Source of the DNA: Acetobacterales bacterium
GTDB lineage: Bacteria > Pseudomonadota > Alphaproteobacteria > Acetobacterales > Acetobacteraceae
DNA: 50,337 bases
Direction of reading: 5' to 3'
Assembly: GCA_038229175.1 (NCBI GenBank)
Contig: JBBROR010000001.1
Location: 1-50,337, forward strand
Under the pieces are notes generated by a model, which did not search any database, was not told the DNA's origin, and saw nothing but the letters and a program-made list of their open reading frames with translations. Within the stretch, counting starts at the first letter, position 1; each line of letters starts with the position of its first letter. The position numbers were made by a program, and so were the translations under genes. This document shows, one piece after another, positions 22,263 through 29,608 of the stretch.

Positions 22263-23333
22263 ATGAGCGAAGGTCAAACTCCTAACGTGGCAGCAGCTGT
22301 ATCGAAGAAGCTGGACGCGGTAAATGCGAAACTGAAGGTGCGAACGGCCGAAGCGGCAATTCGCAAGTACGTGCCCGAACAATTGCAGTTCTGGCCGGAC
22401 GACAGGCGCGCTATTGCGAACGAATTGGCCAGGTGCGCCCTCTTCCAATGCCGCAACGATAACGAGGCCCGCGAATACCTTGATAACGTCGAGCTGTACG
22501 TGCTGGGCGAAGGCTCGATGACCTACAAGGGCGAGGAACTGCGGACCAAGGACGAAGACCTGTTCGTCACGCTCGCGCACTGTGCCCGCGATCTACCGTC
22601 CGGGAAAATGGTGGTGCGTATCACGAGCAGCGAAATCTGCCGCATGAACGGATGGCGCCAGTCGCAGCAATACTTCAACCTGATCTTTCAATCTGTTCAG
22701 CGCATGAAGGGCGGCGTCATCACCGTGTTTTCGCGGCGCCTGGCCAAGGCACTGAAATGCCAGCGTGCGCTCGATGCCGGCGCATCGGACACCGAACTGG
22801 CGCAGTTGTACGACGAACTCGAAGCCTTCGAGAACGCCGAACGGTCGTTATTGACCTTAGAAGAAAAAGGCGAGGAAGTGGGCGGCATCATGGTTTCGCT
22901 CATCAGCGGCGATCCAACGTTCACCGGCGGCAAGTGCGTTAAAGACGGCATCCCACAGGGCAGTCTGAGCTGGGAAATCACCCTCGACAAAAAGCTTGTA
23001 TCGCTGTTCGCCAGGCCCTACCTGACGCTTGTTGACTTCCAGACGCGCAAGGAGCTGTCAGGAACCGGCAAGCGCCTGCAAGCCTACTACTTGAGCCACA
23101 AGAAGCCGCTCGACGTGAAGCTGCGCAATCTTGAGAAGATGCTAGGCCGCAAAAACAAGTCGCTGGCCGCGCTGAAATTCCAGATCGGCGAAGAGCTGGA
23201 AATTCTGAAGGCCAAGGGCGACATTGAAGAATTCAGCTTCAAGAAATCCGCAGACGGCACGGACTGGCTTGTGTGCGTCAGCCGCGAGAAGAAGGAGCCG
23301 AAGAAGGACCCGAAAAAAGATCCTCCAAAATAA
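22263..23333 (+). CDS. Plasmid replication initiator (RepA/TrfA-like, iteron-binding), 356 aa from ATG 22263
   Basis: GAGAGGA SD. Position immediately 5' of the iteron cluster. Lys/Pro-rich tail. The family call is partly contextual. Confidence 0.7.
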   Translation: MSEGQTPNVAAAVSKKLDAVNAKLKVRTAEAAIRKYVPEQLQFWPDDRRAIANELARCALFQCRNDNEAREYLDNVELYVLGEGSMTYKGEELRTKDEDLFVTLAHCARDLPSGKMVVRITSSEICRMNGWRQSQQYFNLIFQSVQRMKGGVITVFSRRLAKALKCQRALDAGASDTELAQLYDELEAFENAERSLLTLEEKGEEVGGIMVSLISGDPTFTGGKCVKDGIPQGSLSWEITLDKKLVSLFARPYLTLVDFQTRKELSGTGKRLQAYYLSHKKPLDVKLRNLEKMLGRKNKSLAALKFQIGEELEILKAKGDIEEFSFKKSADGTDWLVCVSREKKEPKKDPKKDPPK

Positions 23334-23392
23334 GCAAATCACGCGCACCAGGCGGCACCAGGACTAAGCTGGCCAGCGAACGCGGCCGGCTA

Positions 23393-23798
23393 GTCATTTT
23401 GAAGAATCGCCCCGCCCCCGGCTGCTCATAATGGAGAATTTTCGCGGCGTAGTTCGCGCCCAGGGCGATGCCCACAAACAAAGGTTTCTATATGCACAAT
23501 GAATTGCGGCCGTGGTTTGTTGTTGGCACTTCAACAAAGCCAATCGCGGACCCAATCCGAGGGCCTGCAAGCGGAATTGATGAGGCCGGCAGACTGGAAA
23601 TATTGCCATGACAGCACTCATAATGGGGGAATCTCTCAAAAGAGCATGGCCAAAGCTTCGACCGCTCATAATGGAAAATCGGCCGCTCATAATGGCGAAT
23701 TGGCTAAAGGCAATTTACTCATAATGAAGAATTTTCTACTCACAAAAAGTTGCTATTGCTCATTATGAGTAATTTTTTCGCTCATTATGAAGAATTTT
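23393..23798 (+). repeat. oriV iterons: about eight direct copies of CTCATAATGRARAAT
   Basis: tcat cores at 23394 (degenerate), 23426, 23618, 23666, 23687, 23719, 23760 and 23782. Several spacings are 21-22 bp. Confidence 0.85.
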
Positions 23799-23890
23799 AA
23801 CAATTGAAAATATTGTTTAAAAACATGCACTTACGGTTGTTTTTGGAGTGACTGAACTGTTTTTGAACTACTTTTAACACTTCTTTTAGG
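23799..23890. other. AT-rich stretch flanking the iterons (probable DNA-unwinding element)
   Basis: caattgaaaatattgtttaaaaacatgcac...ctgtttttgaactacttttaacacttcttttagg in an otherwise GC-rich replicon. Confidence 0.55.
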
Positions 23891-24270
23891 CCGCCGACTA
23901 CGGCCGCGCCCTGGCCTGCATGAGCTGGTTAACCCCACCCCCGGCGCAAGCGCCTCCACCGTGAGGAAATTCTAGGCCCCGAGGGGCCAGACGCCGGCAT
24001 AGCCGGCTTGTTGGCCCCCAGGTACTACACTCCAGGCCCGCAAGCGGGCAAAACAAGCAAAATCAGGGAAGAACAAGATCAAAAGAGGGCGCTACGCGCT
24101 GGGCTTCGCCCTGATTACTCCAAAAGGAGGGCCTGGGAGGCCCCTGCAAGGCGTTTGCAGCTCATACAGGCTACCGCCAGCCGTCCGTGCGCTGGAAAAC
24201 GGCGCCAAGGCCCGCTTATGCGATTTCATGGAAGAGGCACACGAAGGCCGGCGCTTTTGATAAAATGGAG

Positions 24271-24282
24271 GCGTGTACACGC
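24271..24282. promoter_or_regulatory. GCGTGTACACGC palindrome, copy 2 of 3
   Basis: Preceded by ATGGAG. Lies 19 nt upstream of the ATG of the SprT-like gene. Confidence 0.5.
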
Positions 24283-24300
24283 TCTCCTTTGAGGAATGAA

Positions 24301-24960
24301 ATGGCCAAAACTCTGCACGACAACCGCGAAGCCTGGTTGAACCATGTCGCCCGCCAGATGGCGCCCATGTTTGCGAAGCTCGACGCACCGCTGCCCGACC
24401 AGGTGCGGATCGCCATCGGGTTCACGTCCACCGGCAAACGCGGCAAGCGGATCGGCGAATGCTGGGATAACCGTTGCAGCGAAGACGGGCACTTTGAAAT
24501 TTTCATCGTGCCCAACCTGGCCGAGGCGCCGAACATGATGCCGATGCAGGTTGCCGCGATCCTGGCGCACGAGCTGGTGCACGCAGCGGTCGGCATCCCA
24601 GCCGGCCACGGCCCGCTGTTCCGCCGCGTCGCCAAGGGAATCGGCCTTACGGGAAAAATGACCGCGACCGTCGCCGGACCTCAATTCGAGGCGGCCGTGA
24701 AACCGATCCTGGCGCTTGCCGGCCCGTTGCCGCATGGCCGTTTGAACACCGGCGCGCTGCCTGGTGACGAAGAGGGCGAGCCGAAAACCACAGGCCCGAA
24801 GAAGCAGACCAAGCGGCACATCAAATGCAAATGCGAGCGGTGCGGCTACACGGCGCGCACAAGCCGCAAGTGGCTCGACAAAGTGGGGCCGCCGTACTGC
24901 CCGACGCACGGCGAAATGAAAGTGATCGAGGACGAGTCGAACGAGGTGGAGGAAGATTGA
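24301..24960 (+). CDS. SprT-like zinc metalloprotease with a C-terminal zinc ribbon, 219 aa from ATG 24301
   Basis: GAGGA SD. HEXXH motif ILAHELVHAAVG. C-terminal CKCERCGY...YCPTHG. Confidence 0.7.
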   Translation: MAKTLHDNREAWLNHVARQMAPMFAKLDAPLPDQVRIAIGFTSTGKRGKRIGECWDNRCSEDGHFEIFIVPNLAEAPNMMPMQVAAILAHELVHAAVGIPAGHGPLFRRVAKGIGLTGKMTATVAGPQFEAAVKPILALAGPLPHGRLNTGALPGDEEGEPKTTGPKKQTKRHIKCKCERCGYTARTSRKWLDKVGPPYCPTHGEMKVIEDESNEVEED

Positions 24961-24996
24961 TAGGGCAGGGCGGCGAGCTGGCGAGGTCCACCAGTT

Positions 24997-25060
24997 CGCC
25001 GGCCGGTGCCGTGTTTGTTTGTCTTGAATCGCCTGTATGTGTTTTCACAAACAAACAGGC
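24997..25060 (-). repeat. Structured intergenic repeat, copy B of 3 (inverted orientation, diverged loop)
   Basis: The reverse complement reads cctgTTTGTTTGTGAAAACACATACAggcgattcaagACAAACAAACAcggcaccggccggcg. Confidence 0.8.
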
Positions 25061-25075
25061 TGCAGCTACTCGCGA

Positions 25076-25666
25076 TTAGCGCTTGCAATCCAACTTTGTT
25101 ACCAGCCAGCGCTTAGGGTCCGGTGAAGTGTCATTTGCAACTTCGATGACGCACTTTTTCCCAGCGATCAAAGCCTTGTACGTCATTTTGTCTTGCGCCA
25201 TCGAGGTAGGTTTAAGGTCGATGAACATAGCCGCAAGCGCATTCAGCGCAACTTGCTTGCCTGCCTCTTCGTCAATTCGCGCCAGGTCAACCTTGCCCGT
25301 CTCAAGGTTCACCTTGCCGCTATAGCGCACCTCTGTGATCTGGATTGGGCCGTAAGCCCTTACGCCTTCCATCACCTTAGCTGAAACAACACAAGCGGCC
25401 GAGCGTTCATCCTTCGTATGAACGACCGACGCATTCAGAACCTCGATTCGCTTGGTAGCAGTTTCCTCGCGCTGTACGGCCTGAACACAGACACCACGCA
25501 CAAGGTCAGGATTCACAGTCCTTGCCGTCAGCGGCGGCAACTGCGGCAGCGACTTGGCATCAACCGTGATTGGTTGCGCCGCTGCGGACAAGGTGACACC
25601 AAACACGACCGCCGACAACCAAGCGAATTTCAAATTCTTCCTTTGCGTATTCTTCGGGGCGATCAT
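25076..25666 (-). CDS. Secreted protein, 196 aa from ATG 25666 (alternative start at 25720)
   Basis: Signal peptide LKFAWLSAVVFGVTLSAAAQP. Confidence 0.55.
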   Translation of the reverse strand: MIAPKNTQRKNLKFAWLSAVVFGVTLSAAAQPITVDAKSLPQLPPLTARTVNPDLVRGVCVQAVQREETATKRIEVLNASVVHTKDERSAACVVSAKVMEGVRAYGPIQITEVRYSGKVNLETGKVDLARIDEEAGKQVALNALAAMFIDLKPTSMAQDKMTYKALIAGKKCVIEVANDTSPDPKRWLVTKLDCKR

Positions 25667-25679
25667 GTCAATTTTCCGA

Positions 25680-25973
25680 TCATGAAATGCGCAGCGCGAA
25701 ACCATCTTCGCCAACGACAAAAAGGTTCACATCGGCGAGACGGTACTGGCCACCAGGACCGCCTTCTACGACATACTCGCCGCGATGGGCCACGATGTAG
25801 ACCTGAAACAGATCGTCCTTGCCGGCCTGGCCGAAGTATTTGCTGGATCGCTTGATCTTCGCGTAAAGCTGTTGCCCTGCGCTGATCCTGGTCGCACGCT
25901 CCCGCTCATACTCGGCCAGTGCGGAGCGCCCAGCCTCAGTAGTCGTGTTGTAAACCACCATTTCGTTTTGCAT
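25680..25973 (-). CDS. Hypothetical protein, 97 aa
   Basis: ORF in the operon array downstream of the ParA-like gene. Confidence 0.5.
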   Translation of the reverse strand: MQNEMVVYNTTTEAGRSALAEYERERATRISAGQQLYAKIKRSSKYFGQAGKDDLFQVYIVAHRGEYVVEGGPGGQYRLADVNLFVVGEDGFALRIS

Positions 25974-25985
25974 GATCTTCTCCTT

Positions 25986-26501
25986 TCACTGATGGTTTTT
26001 TTGGATGGCGCGCACAACCTTGTCCCTGGTCGGCGCATCGAGCTGCGGCAGCACCTGGATGAAGTCGCGGCCGGCGGCCAGCTGCTTCGCCTCTTCGTCC
26101 GTGATCGCCCGAGCCTTGCCGAACCAGGCGGCACCGACGATCCCGCCGGCCAGGCCGCCCAGGAGCAACACGCCGACAACGGCCAGGGCGATCTTGACCT
26201 TCCAGCCGTGGGGCGCGTCGGCCCTGGATTCCTTGCGGACTTGCTTCAGCACTTCCTCGGCGATCCGGCCGACCTCGGCCTGGATGCGCGCAACCTCGGC
26301 GTCGGCCGTGGCCTGGTTCAAGTTCGTGACAGCCTTGGCCACCGCCGCCGCGATGGTTTGCGCAGCTTCGCGGCCGGCCCCCCGCAGCGTCTCGGACACC
26401 TGGGGCAGGGCGTCATCCAAGGCTTTCACCTTGTCATGCAGCACGCCCACGTCGCCCAGGAGTTCGGCAGTCAAGGCTTCCAGTACGGTACTTTCAGCCA
26501 T
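25986..26501 (-). CDS. Coiled-coil protein with one TM segment, 171 aa
   Basis: Helical N half and TM segment IALAVVGVLLLGGLAGGIVGAAWF. Confidence 0.55.
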   Translation of the reverse strand: MAESTVLEALTAELLGDVGVLHDKVKALDDALPQVSETLRGAGREAAQTIAAAVAKAVTNLNQATADAEVARIQAEVGRIAEEVLKQVRKESRADAPHGWKVKIALAVVGVLLLGGLAGGIVGAAWFGKARAITDEEAKQLAAGRDFIQVLPQLDAPTRDKVVRAIQKNHQ

Positions 26502-26512
26502 GAGATTCCCCT

Positions 26513-27208
26513 TTACTTGACCAGGACTTTGTACACGGAATCCAGCTCATCGGTCACGCCGGCGGCCAGACGTTTAATCCCGATCAAGCGGCTGATCCGC
26601 ATTTTCTCATCCGAATCTTTCGCGGCCTTGAGCTGTTCTTTCAAGTCGGTCGGATCATTGAGAATCTGCGCAATGGTGCGATCCGAGCCATTCAATTTGG
26701 CGTAAATGTCGTTGACGTGAATTACCGCCTTCGGGTTCAGCGTGAAATTCTTGGCCGAATTGTGATATTCAAACAGGCCGGAGAAAATGCGCTCGGGCGT
26801 TTCGTCCAATTCCACCATATTAAACACCAGGCGGATTTTCTTCGCCGGGATGCCGATTTCGGAAAGCGCGTCGATAGTCGAAATCGTGTCGCGTTGTTGC
26901 TTGAGCTTCGAGACGGTTGGCACGATAAACAAATCGAAATCTTCGTGACTGCCACGATACAGTTTCATTTGATTTACCAGGTCTTCAACATTCGAGGCGC
27001 CGATATCCACCACCGCATCGTCCATCAAAGCCAATGCTTCCATCAAATCGCCGAATTGCTTGCCCTGCACGGTTTGATCGTCGGTCCCATCCGAATTGAT
27101 ACTTTCGACAGGGATAACCTGCGCATCGTGAAGGCGAGGGGCCAACAGATGGCGCGCTACCGTGGATTTGCCGACGTTGCCCGAAAAGTTAATAACGGCG
27201 ATCTTCAT
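26513..27208 (-). CDS. ParA/StbB-like P-loop partition ATPase, 231 aa
   Basis: N-terminal deviant Walker A motif MKIAVINFSGNVGKST. Size and position downstream of a DNA-binding gene that has upstream repeats. Confidence 0.75.
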   Translation of the reverse strand: MKIAVINFSGNVGKSTVARHLLAPRLHDAQVIPVESINSDGTDDQTVQGKQFGDLMEALALMDDAVVDIGASNVEDLVNQMKLYRGSHEDFDLFIVPTVSKLKQQRDTISTIDALSEIGIPAKKIRLVFNMVELDETPERIFSGLFEYHNSAKNFTLNPKAVIHVNDIYAKLNGSDRTIAQILNDPTDLKEQLKAAKDSDEKMRISRLIGIKRLAAGVTDELDSVYKVLVK

Positions 27209-27654
27209 TGTTTCTTCTCCTTAATATGTTTCAGTAATGGATTGGTTGATACTGGTTTAATAAACTGATCGGCGCGCTTTTCTCGCCTTTGTTTTGCAGA
27301 TAAGCCTTCCAAATCATCATTGGAAACACTATCCGCACCCACCACTTCATTTTCCGGCACCTGGGAAAAATCGTCTTTCCTTGGCGTAAAACTGGCCGGC
27401 TGGGGTATCGCCGGCATTGCTTTTTTATCTACTACGATTTCCTTTCTCACCCGGTGAAGCATGGTCTTGAATGAAGCGAGCTTCATGTCCAGGCCCTGCT
27501 CATTTAGCGTCTCAAGAATTTTTTCTAAGCTCACGCCAGCCTTTTTTGCGTTCTCGATTTCAGGGTACAGCTCCCGAATTCGGCCAATTTTTGAACGGCC
27601 CTGGTTGGCTGTTGCCAGGGCACGAAGGCTTGCTGCTACTGCATTATTTTCCAT
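27205..27654 (-). CDS. StbA-like / centromere-binding DNA-binding protein, 149 aa from ATG 27654 (alternative start 27720)
   Basis: GAGG 5 nt upstream of ATG 27654. Overlaps the ParA-like start by 4 nt. N-terminal half is paralogous to 2762..3001. Confidence 0.6.
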   Translation of the reverse strand: MENNAVAASLRALATANQGRSKIGRIRELYPEIENAKKAGVSLEKILETLNEQGLDMKLASFKTMLHRVRKEIVVDKKAMPAIPQPASFTPRKDDFSQVPENEVVGADSVSNDDLEGLSAKQRREKRADQFIKPVSTNPLLKHIKEKKQ

Positions 27655-27722
27655 GCCTGCCTCTGTTGTTATGTCTGACAGGCCCATTTTGTAACCATTC
27701 TGAAATCGTGTCAACAACATTT

Positions 27723-27805
27723 TGTAATCCGCTTGTAATCTCGTGTGATTTTACTGTAACTTTGTTGTTTTCTCGATGTAATCTCAATGTAACCTTATTG
27801 TATCC
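27723..27805. repeat. Eight TGTAAYC-type direct repeats with 11-bp phasing (centromere/operator array)
   Basis: tgtaatc 27723, tgtaatc 27734, tgtgatt 27744, tgtaac 27755, tgtt 27766, tgtaatc 27777, tgtaacc 27788, tgtatcc 27799. Confidence 0.75.
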
Positions 27806-27834
27806 CATTTCTGCGCCTGGTGGTGAAATGGTGA

Positions 27835-27844
27835 CGTGTACACG
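27835..27844. promoter_or_regulatory. CGTGTACACG palindrome, copy 3 of 3
   Basis: ATGGTGACGTGTACACGCtttcgtttg has the same flank pattern (ATGG...TTG) as the other two copies. Confidence 0.45.
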
Positions 27845-28063
27845 CTTTCGTTTGGCTCAAAACGTCTACCAGGCTGTTGACGTGCATGGGGTCGGTTCAT
27901 CGGAAACCCTGGCGCTTGCGCCAGCCGAGGCCGTGGACGAGGGGCGGAAATTTGTTGCTCCAACGAAAACAGCGAAAAACCAACGTCTTACCCCGGAAAT
28001 CTATTCTTAGTGGAACATAAAGAAGTGCTGCCGCTGGTGGTGTTTTTTTGGTTGTTTTGCCTG

Positions 28064-28092
28064 TTGACACAGGGTTTTAAGTGGCAGACAAT
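28064..28092 (+). promoter_or_regulatory. Sigma70-like promoter for the RHH-ssb-trb transcription unit
   Basis: TTGACA (28064-28069), 17-nt spacer, GACAAT (28087-28092). The -35 is embedded in the small dyad cctgt-tgac-acagg. Confidence 0.4.
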
Positions 28093-28147
28093 GAGGCAAG
28101 AATTGATGAATTTGGCAGCTTAAAAGCCGCCAACGAAAAGGGCATAG

Positions 28148-28603
28148 ATGAGAGAAGAAAAGACCGCCCGCAAGGCAGACCGCAAGACCGTGCGGTTCAA
28201 CGACGAAATGCTGGTGGAGCTGGAAGCACTTGCGGACGCTCGCCGCATGCCCGTGGCGGCCGTGGTCCGCACGGCCTGCGAGGTGTACTTGCAACGGGAA
28301 GAGTTTGCCGTGGCCCTGGGCGACGTTGAGGCGCGCATGGCGGCCTCGCTGAACAACAACCGGAAGGACACGGCCAGGGTGGCGGAAGACGTACAGTTGC
28401 TGATTGCCATTGTTGACCAGCTGGCGAAGTTCATAATGATGACCACGCCCGAGCTGATCGACAAGGAGGGCGGTGTGGCCCTGGGCAACCGCCGGCATGC
28501 CGGCTTCATTGCCGAGCTGCACAACGCATTCAGCAGCCGCCGTAAAAAGGCGACCCTAACGCAGGAGCTGGACAAAATGGACGGTGAGGATAGCGATGGC
28601 TGA
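28148..28603 (+). CDS. Ribbon-helix-helix (CopG/MetJ-type) regulator, 151 aa
   Basis: N-terminal KTVRFNDEMLVELEALADARRMPVAAVVRTACEVYL is a typical RHH segment. Confidence 0.65.
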   Translation: MREEKTARKADRKTVRFNDEMLVELEALADARRMPVAAVVRTACEVYLQREEFAVALGDVEARMAASLNNNRKDTARVAEDVQLLIAIVDQLAKFIMMTTPELIDKEGGVALGNRRHAGFIAELHNAFSSRRKKATLTQELDKMDGEDSDG

Positions 28604-29030
28604 TTATTTGAATCGGGTAATTCTGAAAGGGCGACTTGGAAAAGACCCCGAGATTCGCTATTTGCCGAGCGGCGATGCGGTCGCCAATTTCAATATTGCG
28701 ACGAAAAAAGGAACGCATGTCGAGTGGCACCGTATCGTCGCTTATAAAAAGCTCGCGGATCGCGCAAAAGCCGAATTCGCACAAGGCGACCTTATCTATT
28801 TCGAGGGCGAGATTGTCACCCGCGAAATGATTAGCGCAGCCGACCAGGCAAAACAATTAAAGCCGCGCAAGATAACCGAATTGATCGCCGACGATTTGCG
28901 CCTTGTCGAGAAAAAACGTGTAACACCCGGCGACGCCGACGACATTATTCCAAAACAGGATAATGACGCCGGTTCTCATTCCGAAAACAATCCAGCGGAT
29001 TCGGCCGGTGCGGTCCCGCGCTATATATAA
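28596..29030 (+). CDS. Single-stranded DNA-binding protein, 144 aa from ATG 28596
   Basis: GAGGA SD. OB-fold motifs NRVILKGRLGKDPEIRYLPSGDAVANFNIAT...VEWHRIVAY...GDLIYFEGEI. The C-terminal tail is non-canonical (..AVPRYI). Confidence 0.85.
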   Translation: MADYLNRVILKGRLGKDPEIRYLPSGDAVANFNIATKKGTHVEWHRIVAYKKLADRAKAEFAQGDLIYFEGEIVTREMISAADQAKQLKPRKITELIADDLRLVEKKRVTPGDADDIIPKQDNDAGSHSENNPADSAGAVPRYI

Positions 29031-29040
29031 GGAGCAAGAC

Positions 29041-29358
29041 ATGAAAAACATTCCAAAGCGTATTGCGGTAATTACCATTGGCGCCCTGGTGCTGATGGTT
29101 GCCGGCTGCTATAAACGCGACGATACGCCGCCGCCAACCGTTTATGACAAACCGGCGACACCAACGCCAATCGAGAAGCCTTCGACCTCAAAAACCGAGC
29201 GCAAGTATTACAGCGAACACCTGGACGAGGCATTAACGACCTGGAAGGGCTGTAAAGAAACATTCAAAACCTTGCCCGAGGCCGAGCGCGCCGATTGTTT
29301 CGCTGCGCGTGACGCCTGGGTTAATCAGCCGTATGTACCGAAAGCAAAAGCACCATGA
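29041..29358 (+). CDS. Small lipoprotein, 105 aa (VirB7/TrbH-like or entry-exclusion candidate)
   Basis: AAGGAG SD. Lipobox LMVAGC. Pro/Thr-rich linker. Confidence 0.65.
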   Translation: MKNIPKRIAVITIGALVLMVAGCYKRDDTPPPTVYDKPATPTPIEKPSTSKTERKYYSEHLDEALTTWKGCKETFKTLPEAERADCFAARDAWVNQPYVPKAKAP

Positions 29359-29608
29359 ACACTAAACCGCACAAAAATGCCAAGGAGCGCGAACTGGCCC
29401 AGCAGCTGGGCGCCGTGATCCTTGCCGCACTCGCCGATCCCGACGTGATCGAGATCATGCTGAACCCGCCGTATGTGCCGAAAGCGAAAGCACCATGAAC
29501 GCTAAACACCGCGACGGACCGCACAACGAAGCCAGGTCACGCCTGGAAGGGAAGCTGGCCCGCGAGCTGGGCGACGTGATCCTGGCCGCCCTCGCCGACC
29601 CGGAGGTG
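29329..29608 (+). repeat. Diverged tandem duplication, 2 x 140 bp, spanning the lipoprotein-3'/trbB-5' junction
   Basis: ccgtatgtaccgaaagcaaaagcaccatgaac (29329) and ccgtatgtgccgaaagcgaaagcaccatgaac (29469). The following trbB-like 5' codons are homologous but diverged. Confidence 0.85.
29355..29498 (+). pseudogene. Chimeric 47-codon remnant: a trbB-like N-terminus fused to the last 10 codons of the lipoprotein gene
   Basis: MNTKPHKNAKERELAQQLGAVILAALADPDVIEIMLN + PPYVPKAKAP. Compare TrbB ...LARELGDVILAALADPEVVEIMLN and the lipoprotein end NQPYVPKAKAP. Confidence 0.6.

Noticed and set aside
23393-23798. Possibility that the CTCATAATG repeat cluster is a CRISPR array
   Set aside because: The repeats are only about 15-20 nt, are imperfect and irregularly spaced (21-48 bp, plus a 190-bp gap). 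There are no cas genes. The cluster sits directly after a replication initiator gene next to AT-rich DNA, so these are iterons.
27828-28010. 60-codon ORF MVTCTRFRLAQNVY.. starting at the ATG that precedes palindrome copy 3. The analogous mini-ORFs are MEACTRSPLRNE at 24265 and MEACTRIRLS.. at 7676
   Set aside because: The shared M-x-x-C-T-R start is simply the translation of the conserved ATGG-N3-CGTGTACACGC DNA motif. The SD is weak and the sequences downstream of the motif are unrelated. I treat these as a DNA site, although translation of the 27828 ORF cannot be excluded.
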